From an uncultured bacterium (lineage in GTDB: Bacteria; UBP15; UBA6099): a stretch of 64,000 nucleotides of DNA. The notes under the pieces are model-generated. The model saw only the letters and a program-made list of their open reading frames with translations, ran no database searches and was not told the origin of the DNA. This document shows, piece after piece, positions 28,743 to 37,656 of this stretch; positions within the stretch are counted from its first letter, which is position 1, and each line of letters begins with the position of its first letter. The translations under genes and the position numbers were made by a program. The stretch lies in NCBI GenBank assembly GCA_964409645.1, contig CAYPEK010000006.1, positions 16,823 to 80,822 on the forward strand, given 5' to 3'.

Positions 28743-30535
28743 GGCGAAGTCCGAAAAAAACAAATGCGAAACAAAGCATAAAGACTTGCGGAAAAGAGAA
28801 TACAACGACAATGGCGACAGAGAATAACGTTTTTTCAAAGCGACTTGCGGCGGCGGCCATCCTGATTCCGGTAGCGGCGGCCGTGCTGGTGTTCTTCAAC
28901 TCTCTTAACGGCAATTTCGTTTACGACGACAACTCAATCGTCGTGAACCAGCCGCTTGTGAAGGACCTCTCCGCGCTGGGCATTGCGGATATTTTCACCC
29001 ACAAGGACCTCAGCCGCTCCTCGCCGCACTACCTCCCGGTCAGGCTTATCAGCTATGCGATCGATTACCGCTTATGGAAACTGAATCCGCTCGGATTCCA
29101 CCTGACGAACCTGTTTCTACATGTGCTGAATGTCATCTTCGCGACACTATTCGTTGCGTCGGCGGCAGCGGCGGCCGGGATCAAGGAAAGGAAGAACGTA
29201 TGGCTTGCGGCCGGAGCAACGGGACTCCTGTTCGCGGTGCATCCGCTGCAATCGGAAAGCGTTGCATGGGTATCTGGCCGCAAGGAACTGCTGTGCACGG
29301 GTTTTCTGCTGTGCGCGGCTCTTTGCTATCTGTCGTCGCTGAGACGTCCAGTCTCTAAGAAAACCGACTGGGCAATCCCGTCGGGTCTCGTGTTTTTCAC
29401 GTTGGGAATACTCTCGAAAGCGACGGCGGCGGCGTTTCCGCTCGCGCTTGTTGGGTTCGAAATTTTCATGCAGCCCGGAGAAGGCCGCGCGAAGACGGCT
29501 CAGAGAGCCAAACGGTTTGTGCCGTTCCTCATTGTGGATGCCGTCATCGTTTATATCGACATGAAATACTCGGCACAGGCCGGGATGATAAAAGAAGTAG
29601 CCTCAGGCTCGCTTGCGGCACACTACCTGACGTGCGCCGCCACTCCGCTGCTTTACATAGGCAAAGCGTTCTGGCCCGCGAAACTGAGCGTGGAGTACGG
29701 AACAGCACTGAGTCGTGGAGAGTTGATGCGGCTCGCACCGGCGGCGGTTTTGTTCTGGGGAGGGCTGGTGTTGTTATGGACGAAATACAGGAAGAGACAA
29801 GGCGCCGCGGCGGCGCTGGCCGCGTGGGCGGTCGCGGGGCTGCTGCCGGTTATCAATCTCGTACCCTCGACAAAACTGATAGCGGACAGGTATTTCTACC
29901 TGCCGTCGATCGGGCTGTTCGGGGCGTTGTGTATTGCTATTGCGCAAATCAAAGGAAAAGCGCCGAGGATCGCCACAGCCGTTATTCTTGTCGCCGCGGC
30001 GTGCGCTTTCGGGTTCCGCGCGGCGGAGCGGAACTTAGACTGGCGGAATGAGATGACGCTCTGGAGTTCAGCGATGCGTTTCGAGCCCGATCATCCTCTG
30101 GTGCTCCAGAATCTAGCGTACGCATATTATCTTGATAAAGATTACGTGAAGGCGGAAAAATATTACAAAGCCTCCATAAAAAGAGATCCGAAAAATGTGC
30201 CCGCATACGTCAACCTCGCCGTTCTGGAGTACGTGGCATGGAAACGCACGGACGAAACCATATCTCTTTTGCAGCAGGCGGTGCGTCTGGACCCGAAGAA
30301 CATTCCGGCAAGGATAAATCTGGCTATGGCTTACTATTCAAGCGGAGAATTTCAGGCCGCCGTGGATGAAATGATAAGCGCGATAGACAATGATCCCGGA
30401 AATATTCTTCTCGTCAGGAAGTTGTACGTTTTGACAAATACGCTGAAAAGCAAACATTTAAGATTTGTCATTCCGAAGGAAACCATAGACCGCATAAACG
30501 CACTTATAAAAGATTCACAAAAGAAGAAACGCTGA
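28739..30535 (+). CDS. TMTC-like membrane protein: multi-TM N-terminal domain (DUF1736-type, FVYDDN motif) plus C-terminal TPR repeats
   Basis: The ATG at 28739 overlaps the upstream TGA as ATGA. NGNFVYDDNSIVVNQP is the hallmark of TMTC / O-mannosyltransferase-like proteins. About 9 TM helices are followed by TPR repeats (AYAYYLDKDYVKAEKYYKASIKRDPKN...). Confidence 0.75.
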   Translation: MRRSPKKTNAKQSIKTCGKENTTTMATENNVFSKRLAAAAILIPVAAAVLVFFNSLNGNFVYDDNSIVVNQPLVKDLSALGIADIFTHKDLSRSSPHYLPVRLISYAIDYRLWKLNPLGFHLTNLFLHVLNVIFATLFVASAAAAAGIKERKNVWLAAGATGLLFAVHPLQSESVAWVSGRKELLCTGFLLCAALCYLSSLRRPVSKKTDWAIPSGLVFFTLGILSKATAAAFPLALVGFEIFMQPGEGRAKTAQRAKRFVPFLIVDAVIVYIDMKYSAQAGMIKEVASGSLAAHYLTCAATPLLYIGKAFWPAKLSVEYGTALSRGELMRLAPAAVLFWGGLVLLWTKYRKRQGAAAALAAWAVAGLLPVINLVPSTKLIADRYFYLPSIGLFGALCIAIAQIKGKAPRIATAVILVAAACAFGFRAAERNLDWRNEMTLWSSAMRFEPDHPLVLQNLAYAYYLDKDYVKAEKYYKASIKRDPKNVPAYVNLAVLEYVAWKRTDETISLLQQAVRLDPKNIPARINLAMAYYSSGEFQAAVDEMISAIDNDPGNILLVRKLYVLTNTLKSKHLRFVIPKETIDRINALIKDSQKKKR

Positions 30536-30604
30536 AGCGCGGCGGATTGAGAAAGACAGCGCCGTTTTTATAATACGAAGTGGAGAACGTCGGGTTCGGC
30601 GTAT

Positions 30605-31663
30605 ATGAAAAAAGAAAAAAGCAAATCGGGTATCAGCAGACGGCAGTTTCTCGGCGGCGCAGGCGCGGCGTTGATCGGGCTCGCCGCTCTGCCCGAAATC
30701 GGCCGCGTGTTCGGAGTTGATACAGCGGGCGCCGCTCTGTCCGAAAATTCAAAAAGCAAAACGAAACCGGGCGGACGCGGTGTTGTAGTGATCGCCCGAG
30801 ACAAAAGCATCTGGGACGGCGACAAACTTAATCGCGATAAGGTAAATAACCTAGTTTTCAAGGCGGTGCGCGCCCTCTCGGGAGCGTCCGGCGACGAAGC
30901 CGCATGGAAAACATTTTTCGACAGCGGCGATTCGGTGTCCATCAAGATGAACTGCATCGGCGGGAAATGGATGTCAACGACTCCCGCTGTGACGGAGGCG
31001 ATAATCACGGGCATCCTACTCGCGGGCGTGCAGCCGCGAAAGGTGATGGCGTGGGACCGCACTCAATGGGAAGTCCGCAACGCCGGTTACAAATACGGAA
31101 GCGACAAACGCGGCGTGCGTTTTATAGCGACGGACGACGACGATATCAGATACGAAGGTGATCTCTCCACGTGGGGCGAGGTCGGCTCGCTCGTAAGCAG
31201 AATCGCGGCGCGGCTCAGCACGGCGATGGTGAACGCGCCCGTGCTGAAGGACCACGATATGACAGGCATTTCCTGCGCGCTGAAGAATTGGTACGGGGCA
31301 ATCAACAACCCGAACAAGCTGCACGAGAATGCGTGCGATCCGTACATCGCCGACCTCAACATGCTGCCCGTGTTCCGTGACAAGACGAAGCTGATCGTCT
31401 GCGACGCGACCACCGGCCAGTACAACGGCGGACCGTCGCACAAGCCGAAATATACGTGGCGTTACTCAGGTGTGATAGCCGGGACGGACCCGGTGGCAGT
31501 GGACACGGTTGCGCATCGGATAATCGAGGATAAGCGAAAAGCGGAAGGCTTGAAATCGCTGAAAGCCGAGGGCCGCCCGCCGACATTTCTCCAAACAGCC
31601 GGCGACGGCAGGCACAAGCTCGGCGAGAACCGCTATGAAAAGATCAGGATCATCGAAGTGTGA
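30605..31663 (+). CDS. DUF362 domain protein with N-terminal twin-arginine (Tat) signal
   Basis: SRRQFLGGAGAALIGLAALP matches the (S/T)RRxFLK Tat consensus. The remainder resembles the DUF362 family (PF04015). Confidence 0.75.
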   Translation: MKKEKSKSGISRRQFLGGAGAALIGLAALPEIGRVFGVDTAGAALSENSKSKTKPGGRGVVVIARDKSIWDGDKLNRDKVNNLVFKAVRALSGASGDEAAWKTFFDSGDSVSIKMNCIGGKWMSTTPAVTEAIITGILLAGVQPRKVMAWDRTQWEVRNAGYKYGSDKRGVRFIATDDDDIRYEGDLSTWGEVGSLVSRIAARLSTAMVNAPVLKDHDMTGISCALKNWYGAINNPNKLHENACDPYIADLNMLPVFRDKTKLIVCDATTGQYNGGPSHKPKYTWRYSGVIAGTDPVAVDTVAHRIIEDKRKAEGLKSLKAEGRPPTFLQTAGDGRHKLGENRYEKIRIIEV

Positions 31664-31691
31664 AGCAGGCCCGTGCGAGTCGGACGCGGGG

Positions 31692-32822
31692 ATGACGCGG
31701 CGCGAGTTCATGGGACTCTGCGCGTGCGCCTGCGCGCTTCCCGCGGCCGCCGTGCTGCTGTCCGCCGCGGAACCCGCTTTTGCCAAACCGCAATCCACAC
31801 CGTCACGCGGCACTGAGCATGAAGTAGCCTTTTACGACAAGCTGCCGGAAAAGATGATCCGCTGCCAGATATGCCCGAAGAAATGCAGGGTCGGCGACGC
31901 CGAACGCGGCTTCTGCGGCAACAAGGAAAACCACAGCGGAAAATACGTGACGCTCGCCTACGGCAATCCGTGTTCGGTGAACAACGACCCGATCGAGAAG
32001 AAGCCGCTGTTCCACTTTCTGCCGGGGACGACTGCGTTCTCGCTCGCGGCGGCAGGCTGCAACTTCGACTGTAAATTCTGCCAGAACTGGGAGATATCGC
32101 AGTCGCGGCCGGAGCAGACACGCACTTACGACCTGTCCCCCACGCGCGTTGCCGAGGTGACTAAGCAGGCCGGAAGCAAGACGATCGCTTACACGTACAG
32201 CGAGCCGGTGGTTTTTTACGAATATATGTACGACTGCGCGGCGGCAGGCCGGAAGAGCGGGCTGCGCAGCGTGATGATCTCGAACGGTTACATCAACCCG
32301 AAGCCGATGAAGAAACTCTGCGGTGTGCTCGACGCTGTGAAGATCGACTTCAAGGCATTCACGGAGGATTTTTACGCGAAGCAATGCCTCGGCCACCTTC
32401 AGCCGGTGCTGGACACGCTTGTGTTGCTGAAAAGCGAGGATATATGGTTCGAGATGGTTGTACTCATCGTTCCGGGGCTCAACGACAAGGCGTCCGAATT
32501 TAAAGATATGGCGCAATGGATTGTGAAGAATCTCGGCAAGGACGTCCCGATTCATTTCTCGCGGTTTCACCCGATGTACAAGCTCAAAAACCTGTCGCCG
32601 ACACCGATAGAAACGCTCGAAACGGCGTACTCGGCCTGCAAGAAAGCCGGGCTGAATTACGTCTATCTCGGAAACGTGCCCGGTCACAAAGCGGAGAGCA
32701 CGTACTGCCCGAAGTGCGGCAAGCCGGTGATTCAGCGCTATGGATATGTGGTTCAGGCGATCAACATGACCGGTGGACGCTGCATGTTCTGCAAGACGCC
32801 GATCCCCGGCGTATGGTCGTGA
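31692..32822 (+). CDS. Radical SAM enzyme of the AmmeMemoRadiSam-type architecture, with an apparent N-terminal Tat signal
   Basis: TRREFMGLCACACALPAAAVLLSAAEPAFA is a Tat-like leader. An N-terminal Cys knuckle (CQICPKKCRV...GFCG) precedes DPIEKKPLFHFLPG. The radical SAM motif is GCNFDCKFCQNW, and the C-terminus has two Cys pairs, CPKCG and CMFCK. Confidence 0.8.
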   Translation: MTRREFMGLCACACALPAAAVLLSAAEPAFAKPQSTPSRGTEHEVAFYDKLPEKMIRCQICPKKCRVGDAERGFCGNKENHSGKYVTLAYGNPCSVNNDPIEKKPLFHFLPGTTAFSLAAAGCNFDCKFCQNWEISQSRPEQTRTYDLSPTRVAEVTKQAGSKTIAYTYSEPVVFYEYMYDCAAAGRKSGLRSVMISNGYINPKPMKKLCGVLDAVKIDFKAFTEDFYAKQCLGHLQPVLDTLVLLKSEDIWFEMVVLIVPGLNDKASEFKDMAQWIVKNLGKDVPIHFSRFHPMYKLKNLSPTPIETLETAYSACKKAGLNYVYLGNVPGHKAESTYCPKCGKPVIQRYGYVVQAINMTGGRCMFCKTPIPGVWS

Positions 32823-32890
32823 GCAGCCTCCACAAAGTTTGAACATCTCTGTGCTTTTCGCGGTTGCGCGCGTCTGATAAAATAAGTCTC

Positions 32891-34048
32891 ATGTCAAAAA
32901 CAAAAGTAGCTATTGCGAAATGCGGTTCGTATGTACCGGCCGAAGTCTGCGCGGCTGTGGACGCTCTTCTGGCACGGCTCGGAGGAATCGAGAAGTTTGT
33001 GAAACCGGGAATGCGAGTGTTCGTGAAGCCGAACCTGCTTCTGGCCGCATCGCCGAATAAGGCGTGTACAACACATCCGGAAGTGCTGATAGCGGTGATC
33101 AAACGGCTTCAGGCAGCGGGAGCAGAGGTATCGTTCGGCGACTTGCCGGGCGGTTTCCACGCCGGGAGCACGCGGAATGTACATCGCACATGTGAGATGA
33201 CACAGGTCGCGGAGGCAACAGGCGCGGAACTCGTGACGATAGAGAAACACGGGTTCAAAGAGATCGTGATCCCCGGCGCGAAGAAGATGAAGCGCATCCA
33301 CGCGCCGCTAAGGCTCGACGAAGCGGACATGATTGTAAATGTCTGCAAGATTAAGACGCACATGCAGACGATGATGACGGGCGCCGTTAAAAATATGTTC
33401 GGGATGACGACGACGCAGGACAGAATTGTGGCGCACAGATTTTCCGGCTACCGAGAATTTTCGGAAGCGCTGGTCGATATTTACTCCGGGCTGCCGAAAC
33501 CGTCGCTCAATATAGCGGACGCGGTGATCGGGATGGAAGGCACCGGTCCGTCGCAGGGCAAACCCGTTAAGCTCGGCTACCTGCTCGGCTCGGAGGACGC
33601 GGTCGCGCTGGACACAGTGGCGGCAGCGGCGATCGGATTCCGGCCGGAGGAGATCGCAATGATCGAGTCGGCGCGGCGGCGCGGCATCGGCACGGCGCGG
33701 ATGCACGATATCGAGATCGCCGGCGACTCGCTCGACTCGGTCAAAAAGCGGGTGCGCAGGCCGTCATCGGCGGTGTTCATGATGATGCCGGTTCTCACCA
33801 ACCCGTTCAACGAACTGACAAAGGTGCAGCCGTACATTGCCGCTAAGGAATGCAAGGCTTGCAAGAAATGCGCGGAGGTTTGTCCCGGCAATGCTATATC
33901 TTTTCCCAAACACGCGGGTGTGATAGACGAACGCCGCTGCATCCTCTGTTATTGCTGCCATGAGATATGCCCATACAGCGCGGTCGAATTGAAGAAGCCG
34001 ATACTCGTTAAGCTGGCTGAAAGGTTCATATCGCATGAAAGCCGGTAA
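32891..34048 (+). CDS. DUF362 domain protein with C-terminal 2x[4Fe-4S] ferredoxin domain (cytoplasmic; no signal)
   Basis: A DUF362-like body (VFVKPNLL..., KTHMQTMMTGAVKNMFG) is followed by CKACKKCAEVCP and CILCYCCHEICP ferredoxin motifs. The first ATG is at 32891. Confidence 0.8.
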   Translation: MSKTKVAIAKCGSYVPAEVCAAVDALLARLGGIEKFVKPGMRVFVKPNLLLAASPNKACTTHPEVLIAVIKRLQAAGAEVSFGDLPGGFHAGSTRNVHRTCEMTQVAEATGAELVTIEKHGFKEIVIPGAKKMKRIHAPLRLDEADMIVNVCKIKTHMQTMMTGAVKNMFGMTTTQDRIVAHRFSGYREFSEALVDIYSGLPKPSLNIADAVIGMEGTGPSQGKPVKLGYLLGSEDAVALDTVAAAAIGFRPEEIAMIESARRRGIGTARMHDIEIAGDSLDSVKKRVRRPSSAVFMMMPVLTNPFNELTKVQPYIAAKECKACKKCAEVCPGNAISFPKHAGVIDERRCILCYCCHEICPYSAVELKKPILVKLAERFISHESR

Positions 34049-34994
34049 TAACGTGACAAATAATAATAACGCGACAGTTTACGACTGCGTCGGGCTTGGG
34101 TTGTGCGTAGCCGACTACCAGTGTCTGCTCGATCACTATCCGGCAGCGGACGAGAAAACGGTTGCTGTAAAGCATATCCATCAGGGCGGCGCGCCGGTGG
34201 TGACGGCGCTGGTGTCGCTCGGAATATGGGGCCGCAAAACGGCGATGATCGGGATGGCGGGCGACGACGACGACGGCCGTTTCATAACGAGTGAGATGGA
34301 GAGTTACGGAGTGGATGCGTCGCGCGTGATTCTATCCAAGCACACGGAAACAAAGAAGGCGTTTGTGTGGATAGACGCGTCGAAAGGCAGCCGCGCGGTG
34401 GTGCTCTGCGGCGACCGGTCGCTGCCGCTTCCGGCGCGGGCGGCGGCGGAGAAGGCCCTGCCCCGCTGCCGTGTGTTTCACACTGACGGGCGCGAGACGG
34501 CAGTCGCGATCAAAGCGATGCGGCTCGTCAGGAAACGCGGTGGACAAACAGTGATCGACGCGGGCAGTCCGCGCGAGCGCATGGACGAACTGTTCTCGCT
34601 CTCGGATCACTTCGTGGCGTCGCACTCGTTCATGCGGAAGTTCTTCGGGGCGGGAATAAAACCTGAAAACGCGCTCGACAAAATCCTCGAACGCGGCCCG
34701 AAAGTCGCGCTGATCACTCTCGGCGAAAAAGGTTGCATCGGAGCAACCGAGGACGGCATGTTCCGCGTGCCGGGATTCAGCCGCAAGGGGTTCATCGTGG
34801 ACACGACCGGCGCGGGCGACGTGTTCCACGGCGGCTATATCCAAGGACTGCTTAGCGGCCTGCCGCCGGAGCGCTGCGCGGAGTTCGCCAACGCGGCGGC
34901 GTTCCTGTCCTGCGGCGAAATCGGCGCACGGGCGGGAATCCCTTCACTCAGGCAGATTACGGCGCTTATCAGAGAACGAAATTCCAAGAAATAA
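34035..34994 (+). CDS. PfkB-family (ribokinase-like) carbohydrate/nucleoside kinase
   Basis: The C-terminal anion-hole motif is DTTGAGDVFHGGYI, and the N-terminal GG dipeptide region GAPVVTALV is present. It overlaps the upstream gene by 14 bp. Confidence 0.85.
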   Translation: MKAGNNVTNNNNATVYDCVGLGLCVADYQCLLDHYPAADEKTVAVKHIHQGGAPVVTALVSLGIWGRKTAMIGMAGDDDDGRFITSEMESYGVDASRVILSKHTETKKAFVWIDASKGSRAVVLCGDRSLPLPARAAAEKALPRCRVFHTDGRETAVAIKAMRLVRKRGGQTVIDAGSPRERMDELFSLSDHFVASHSFMRKFFGAGIKPENALDKILERGPKVALITLGEKGCIGATEDGMFRVPGFSRKGFIVDTTGAGDVFHGGYIQGLLSGLPPERCAEFANAAAFLSCGEIGARAGIPSLRQITALIRERNSKK

Positions 34995-35108
34995 TCCTCG
35001 AACACGTAAGGCGCGTTTCGGTAACTTCATTATTATTGATGCGACGAAAATGATATAATTACCACGGCTGAGAAATAATCGGAAGCATAACGGGGCGGAG
35101 GACGGAAT

Positions 35109-37637
35109 ATGAAATTAACAAAAAAACCTGACGCAACAATCGTCGAAGGAAAACAACTGCGACTGACGATCACTCCCCTCGAAAACGGCGGCGTTTGTTA
35201 CGACATCGCCGCGCGCGAAAAAAACGGCTGGGTGACGGTTCTCGGCTCGGAACGTTCGACTGTGGCCGCGAATAAGAACACGAAAGGCTGCGGGCAGATG
35301 ATGCGAACCTCGCGGCGAATTATCGAGTTCCCGCAGGAACTCGTGTCGGCGGAGGCGAAGAACGGCATCGCGACTGTTATTCTGCGCGGAAAGGCGGACG
35401 GCCACACCGCCGAGCAGAAGATGACATTCGGCGACAATGACTCGTACATCAATGTTGTATCCACCGTTAAGCTCGGCCACCCGTCGAGGATCGCCGCCGC
35501 GGGCACGGCGCACGTTTTCATACCGGACGGGATGCTGTATTCGCAGTATGAACCGCTCGACTTCTGCTGGATACCCCATCTTCGCCGACTTCCCGAACAC
35601 ACGATCGGAGACCACGTTTTCAGGTCGCCCGCCGTGATATTCCAGTCTGGGAAAATTATGGGAGCGATCGTTCCCGACCTCGACGTGCTCGCGAAGAACC
35701 GGCCGATGCCGACCGCGCTCGACGCGAGGCTCGAAATACCGGGCATGCCCGCGCCGGCGTTCTGGTACGGTTTCTGCCGCTACAAGATCGACGGTCACGT
35801 ATTTTTCAAGCAGGACGAGCCGGGACGCAAGCCTTGCAAGGGCGATCTTGTGTACGGGTACGATCTGTTGGCAGGCGCGGACGAGCCGGAACGGCACGCG
35901 CACCGCAGGGTGGCAAAGCATCTGTGGGATCGGTACGGTGCGAAGCTGATCCGCAACGTCGAACCGCAGACGGTAACTTACGACGAATACGCGCGGCGCG
36001 CTTATGGGTTTGCGTTCGACCGCGGTAAAATATGGCGGGAGTTCGACCTCGGCGGTAAACGCGCGGGCGGCACGGTCTCGGTGACTTTCGCCGGCCCGGC
36101 GAAAACTAAGTTCATGAATCACGGCGAAATCGAGCGGATGCTGAAGATGCAGAAACTGATCCCGGGCATACACGGCGCGGCGACGGACAAACTTCTGCAA
36201 ACCGAATTCGCGAATGACGCTCTCGAATTTATCGTACATAACACCACAATAACGGCCCCTCCGCACATTCTGAATCAGTCGTGGTTCTGCAATCTACGGA
36301 CGGCATACGGGGCATTCGCCTATTCGGAGAAGCTCGGCAACGCTTCGCTCAAGGATTACGCATTGAAGATGAAAGAACTCGCACTGGGAGCACCCGGCGA
36401 CCTCGGATTTATGTACTCCGACTGCTACTGCCCGGACGACGGCGATCCGATATGGATGCAGGGAATGAAAGCGTTCGAGGCGGTCCGCGATTACCACTTG
36501 CCGGACAACGCGTGGACGGGCTGGTGGATGCTGCGCTGGTACGAAGAACTCGAAAAAGACGAGCGGCTGCTTGAACGCGCGAAAGCCGTCGGCGACGCGC
36601 TGGCGGCCTCGCAGCTCGAAAGCGGCGCGATCCCCGGCTGGGTGCGGGTGAGGCGCGGCGTGCCGACCGCGGGGGCGACGCTACGCGAGAGCGCGCAGAC
36701 GGCCGCGCCGGGGATGTTCCTCGCGAGGCTGGCGCGAGTGACCGGCGAAGCAAAATATCTGAAAGCGGCCGAGAGCGCCGCTAAGTTTCTGATCGACAAC
36801 ATATTCCCTGATAACATCTGGTGGGACTACGAAACATTCTTCTCGTGCTCTAAAAAAGATGTCGGAATGAAGGACGCCGGAACGGGACTGCACTGCATGA
36901 ACAACCTCTGCATATTCTGGACGGCGGAGATGATGCGCGAACTCGCGGACAAGACAAAGAAGAAAACATATCTCGAACATGGGCTGCGCGCGCTCGACCT
37001 GATGATCCTCTGGCAGCAGGCGTGGGACCCGCCCTATCTTTCCATCAACGGGTTCGGCGGGTTCGGCGTGATGAACACTGACGGCGAATGGAACGACGCG
37101 AGGCAGAGCATGTTCGCGGAATGCCTGACGGCGTACTACGAGCTGACGGGCGAGCGCGAGTATTTCGAGCGCGGGGTGGCGGCACTGCGGTCGTCGTTCA
37201 CAACGATGCTGATTCCGGAAAACCGTGCGGTCGCCCCCGGCAACATGAAAAGGTTTATCGCGAAGGACGAAGGCGCATCGTACGAGAATTACGGCCACCT
37301 CGGGTTTGACCGATGCGCGCCGGGATATCTGATGTTCGACTGGGGGAGCGGCGGAGCGTGCAGCGCGGCGGCGCGTCTGACCCGCAGGTTCGGCGATATA
37401 TACATCGACGCGGCGCGCGGAAACGCGTTCGGGCTCGACCTGTGCACGGCGGTGAAGTACAAGACCGGCGAAGGCTCGCTGTCGCTCGAAATCGACGCCC
37501 CGCATAACGACGGAAGAACTCTCATGCTGAAAGCCACGGGTTTGAAACAAGGAAAATACAAGCTCACGGTCAACGGCGCCGCGCGCGGCACGCATACGGC
37601 GGCAGCTTTGCGGGACGGTATAGATGTAGAGCTTTGA
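35109..37637 (+). CDS. Large hypothetical protein (842 aa), possibly an (alpha/alpha)6-toroid glycoside-hydrolase-like fold
   Basis: GGAGGA lies 7 nt upstream of the ATG. There is no signal peptide. The Trp/Tyr-rich C-terminal half (WTGWWMLRWYEELEKDERLLERAKAVGDALAASQLESGAIPGW) is reminiscent of (alpha/alpha)6 hydrolases. No catalytic motif is confidently identified. Confidence 0.55.
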   Translation: MKLTKKPDATIVEGKQLRLTITPLENGGVCYDIAAREKNGWVTVLGSERSTVAANKNTKGCGQMMRTSRRIIEFPQELVSAEAKNGIATVILRGKADGHTAEQKMTFGDNDSYINVVSTVKLGHPSRIAAAGTAHVFIPDGMLYSQYEPLDFCWIPHLRRLPEHTIGDHVFRSPAVIFQSGKIMGAIVPDLDVLAKNRPMPTALDARLEIPGMPAPAFWYGFCRYKIDGHVFFKQDEPGRKPCKGDLVYGYDLLAGADEPERHAHRRVAKHLWDRYGAKLIRNVEPQTVTYDEYARRAYGFAFDRGKIWREFDLGGKRAGGTVSVTFAGPAKTKFMNHGEIERMLKMQKLIPGIHGAATDKLLQTEFANDALEFIVHNTTITAPPHILNQSWFCNLRTAYGAFAYSEKLGNASLKDYALKMKELALGAPGDLGFMYSDCYCPDDGDPIWMQGMKAFEAVRDYHLPDNAWTGWWMLRWYEELEKDERLLERAKAVGDALAASQLESGAIPGWVRVRRGVPTAGATLRESAQTAAPGMFLARLARVTGEAKYLKAAESAAKFLIDNIFPDNIWWDYETFFSCSKKDVGMKDAGTGLHCMNNLCIFWTAEMMRELADKTKKKTYLEHGLRALDLMILWQQAWDPPYLSINGFGGFGVMNTDGEWNDARQSMFAECLTAYYELTGEREYFERGVAALRSSFTTMLIPENRAVAPGNMKRFIAKDEGASYENYGHLGFDRCAPGYLMFDWGSGGACSAAARLTRRFGDIYIDAARGNAFGLDLCTAVKYKTGEGSLSLEIDAPHNDGRTLMLKATGLKQGKYKLTVNGAARGTHTAAALRDGIDVEL

Positions 37638-37656
37638 ACTCGGCCGGAGGTGACAA

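Noticed and set aside
31803-32846. 347-aa minus-strand ORF opposite the radical SAM gene
   Set aside because: It is an antisense shadow frame. The plus-strand frame has intact radical SAM motifs.
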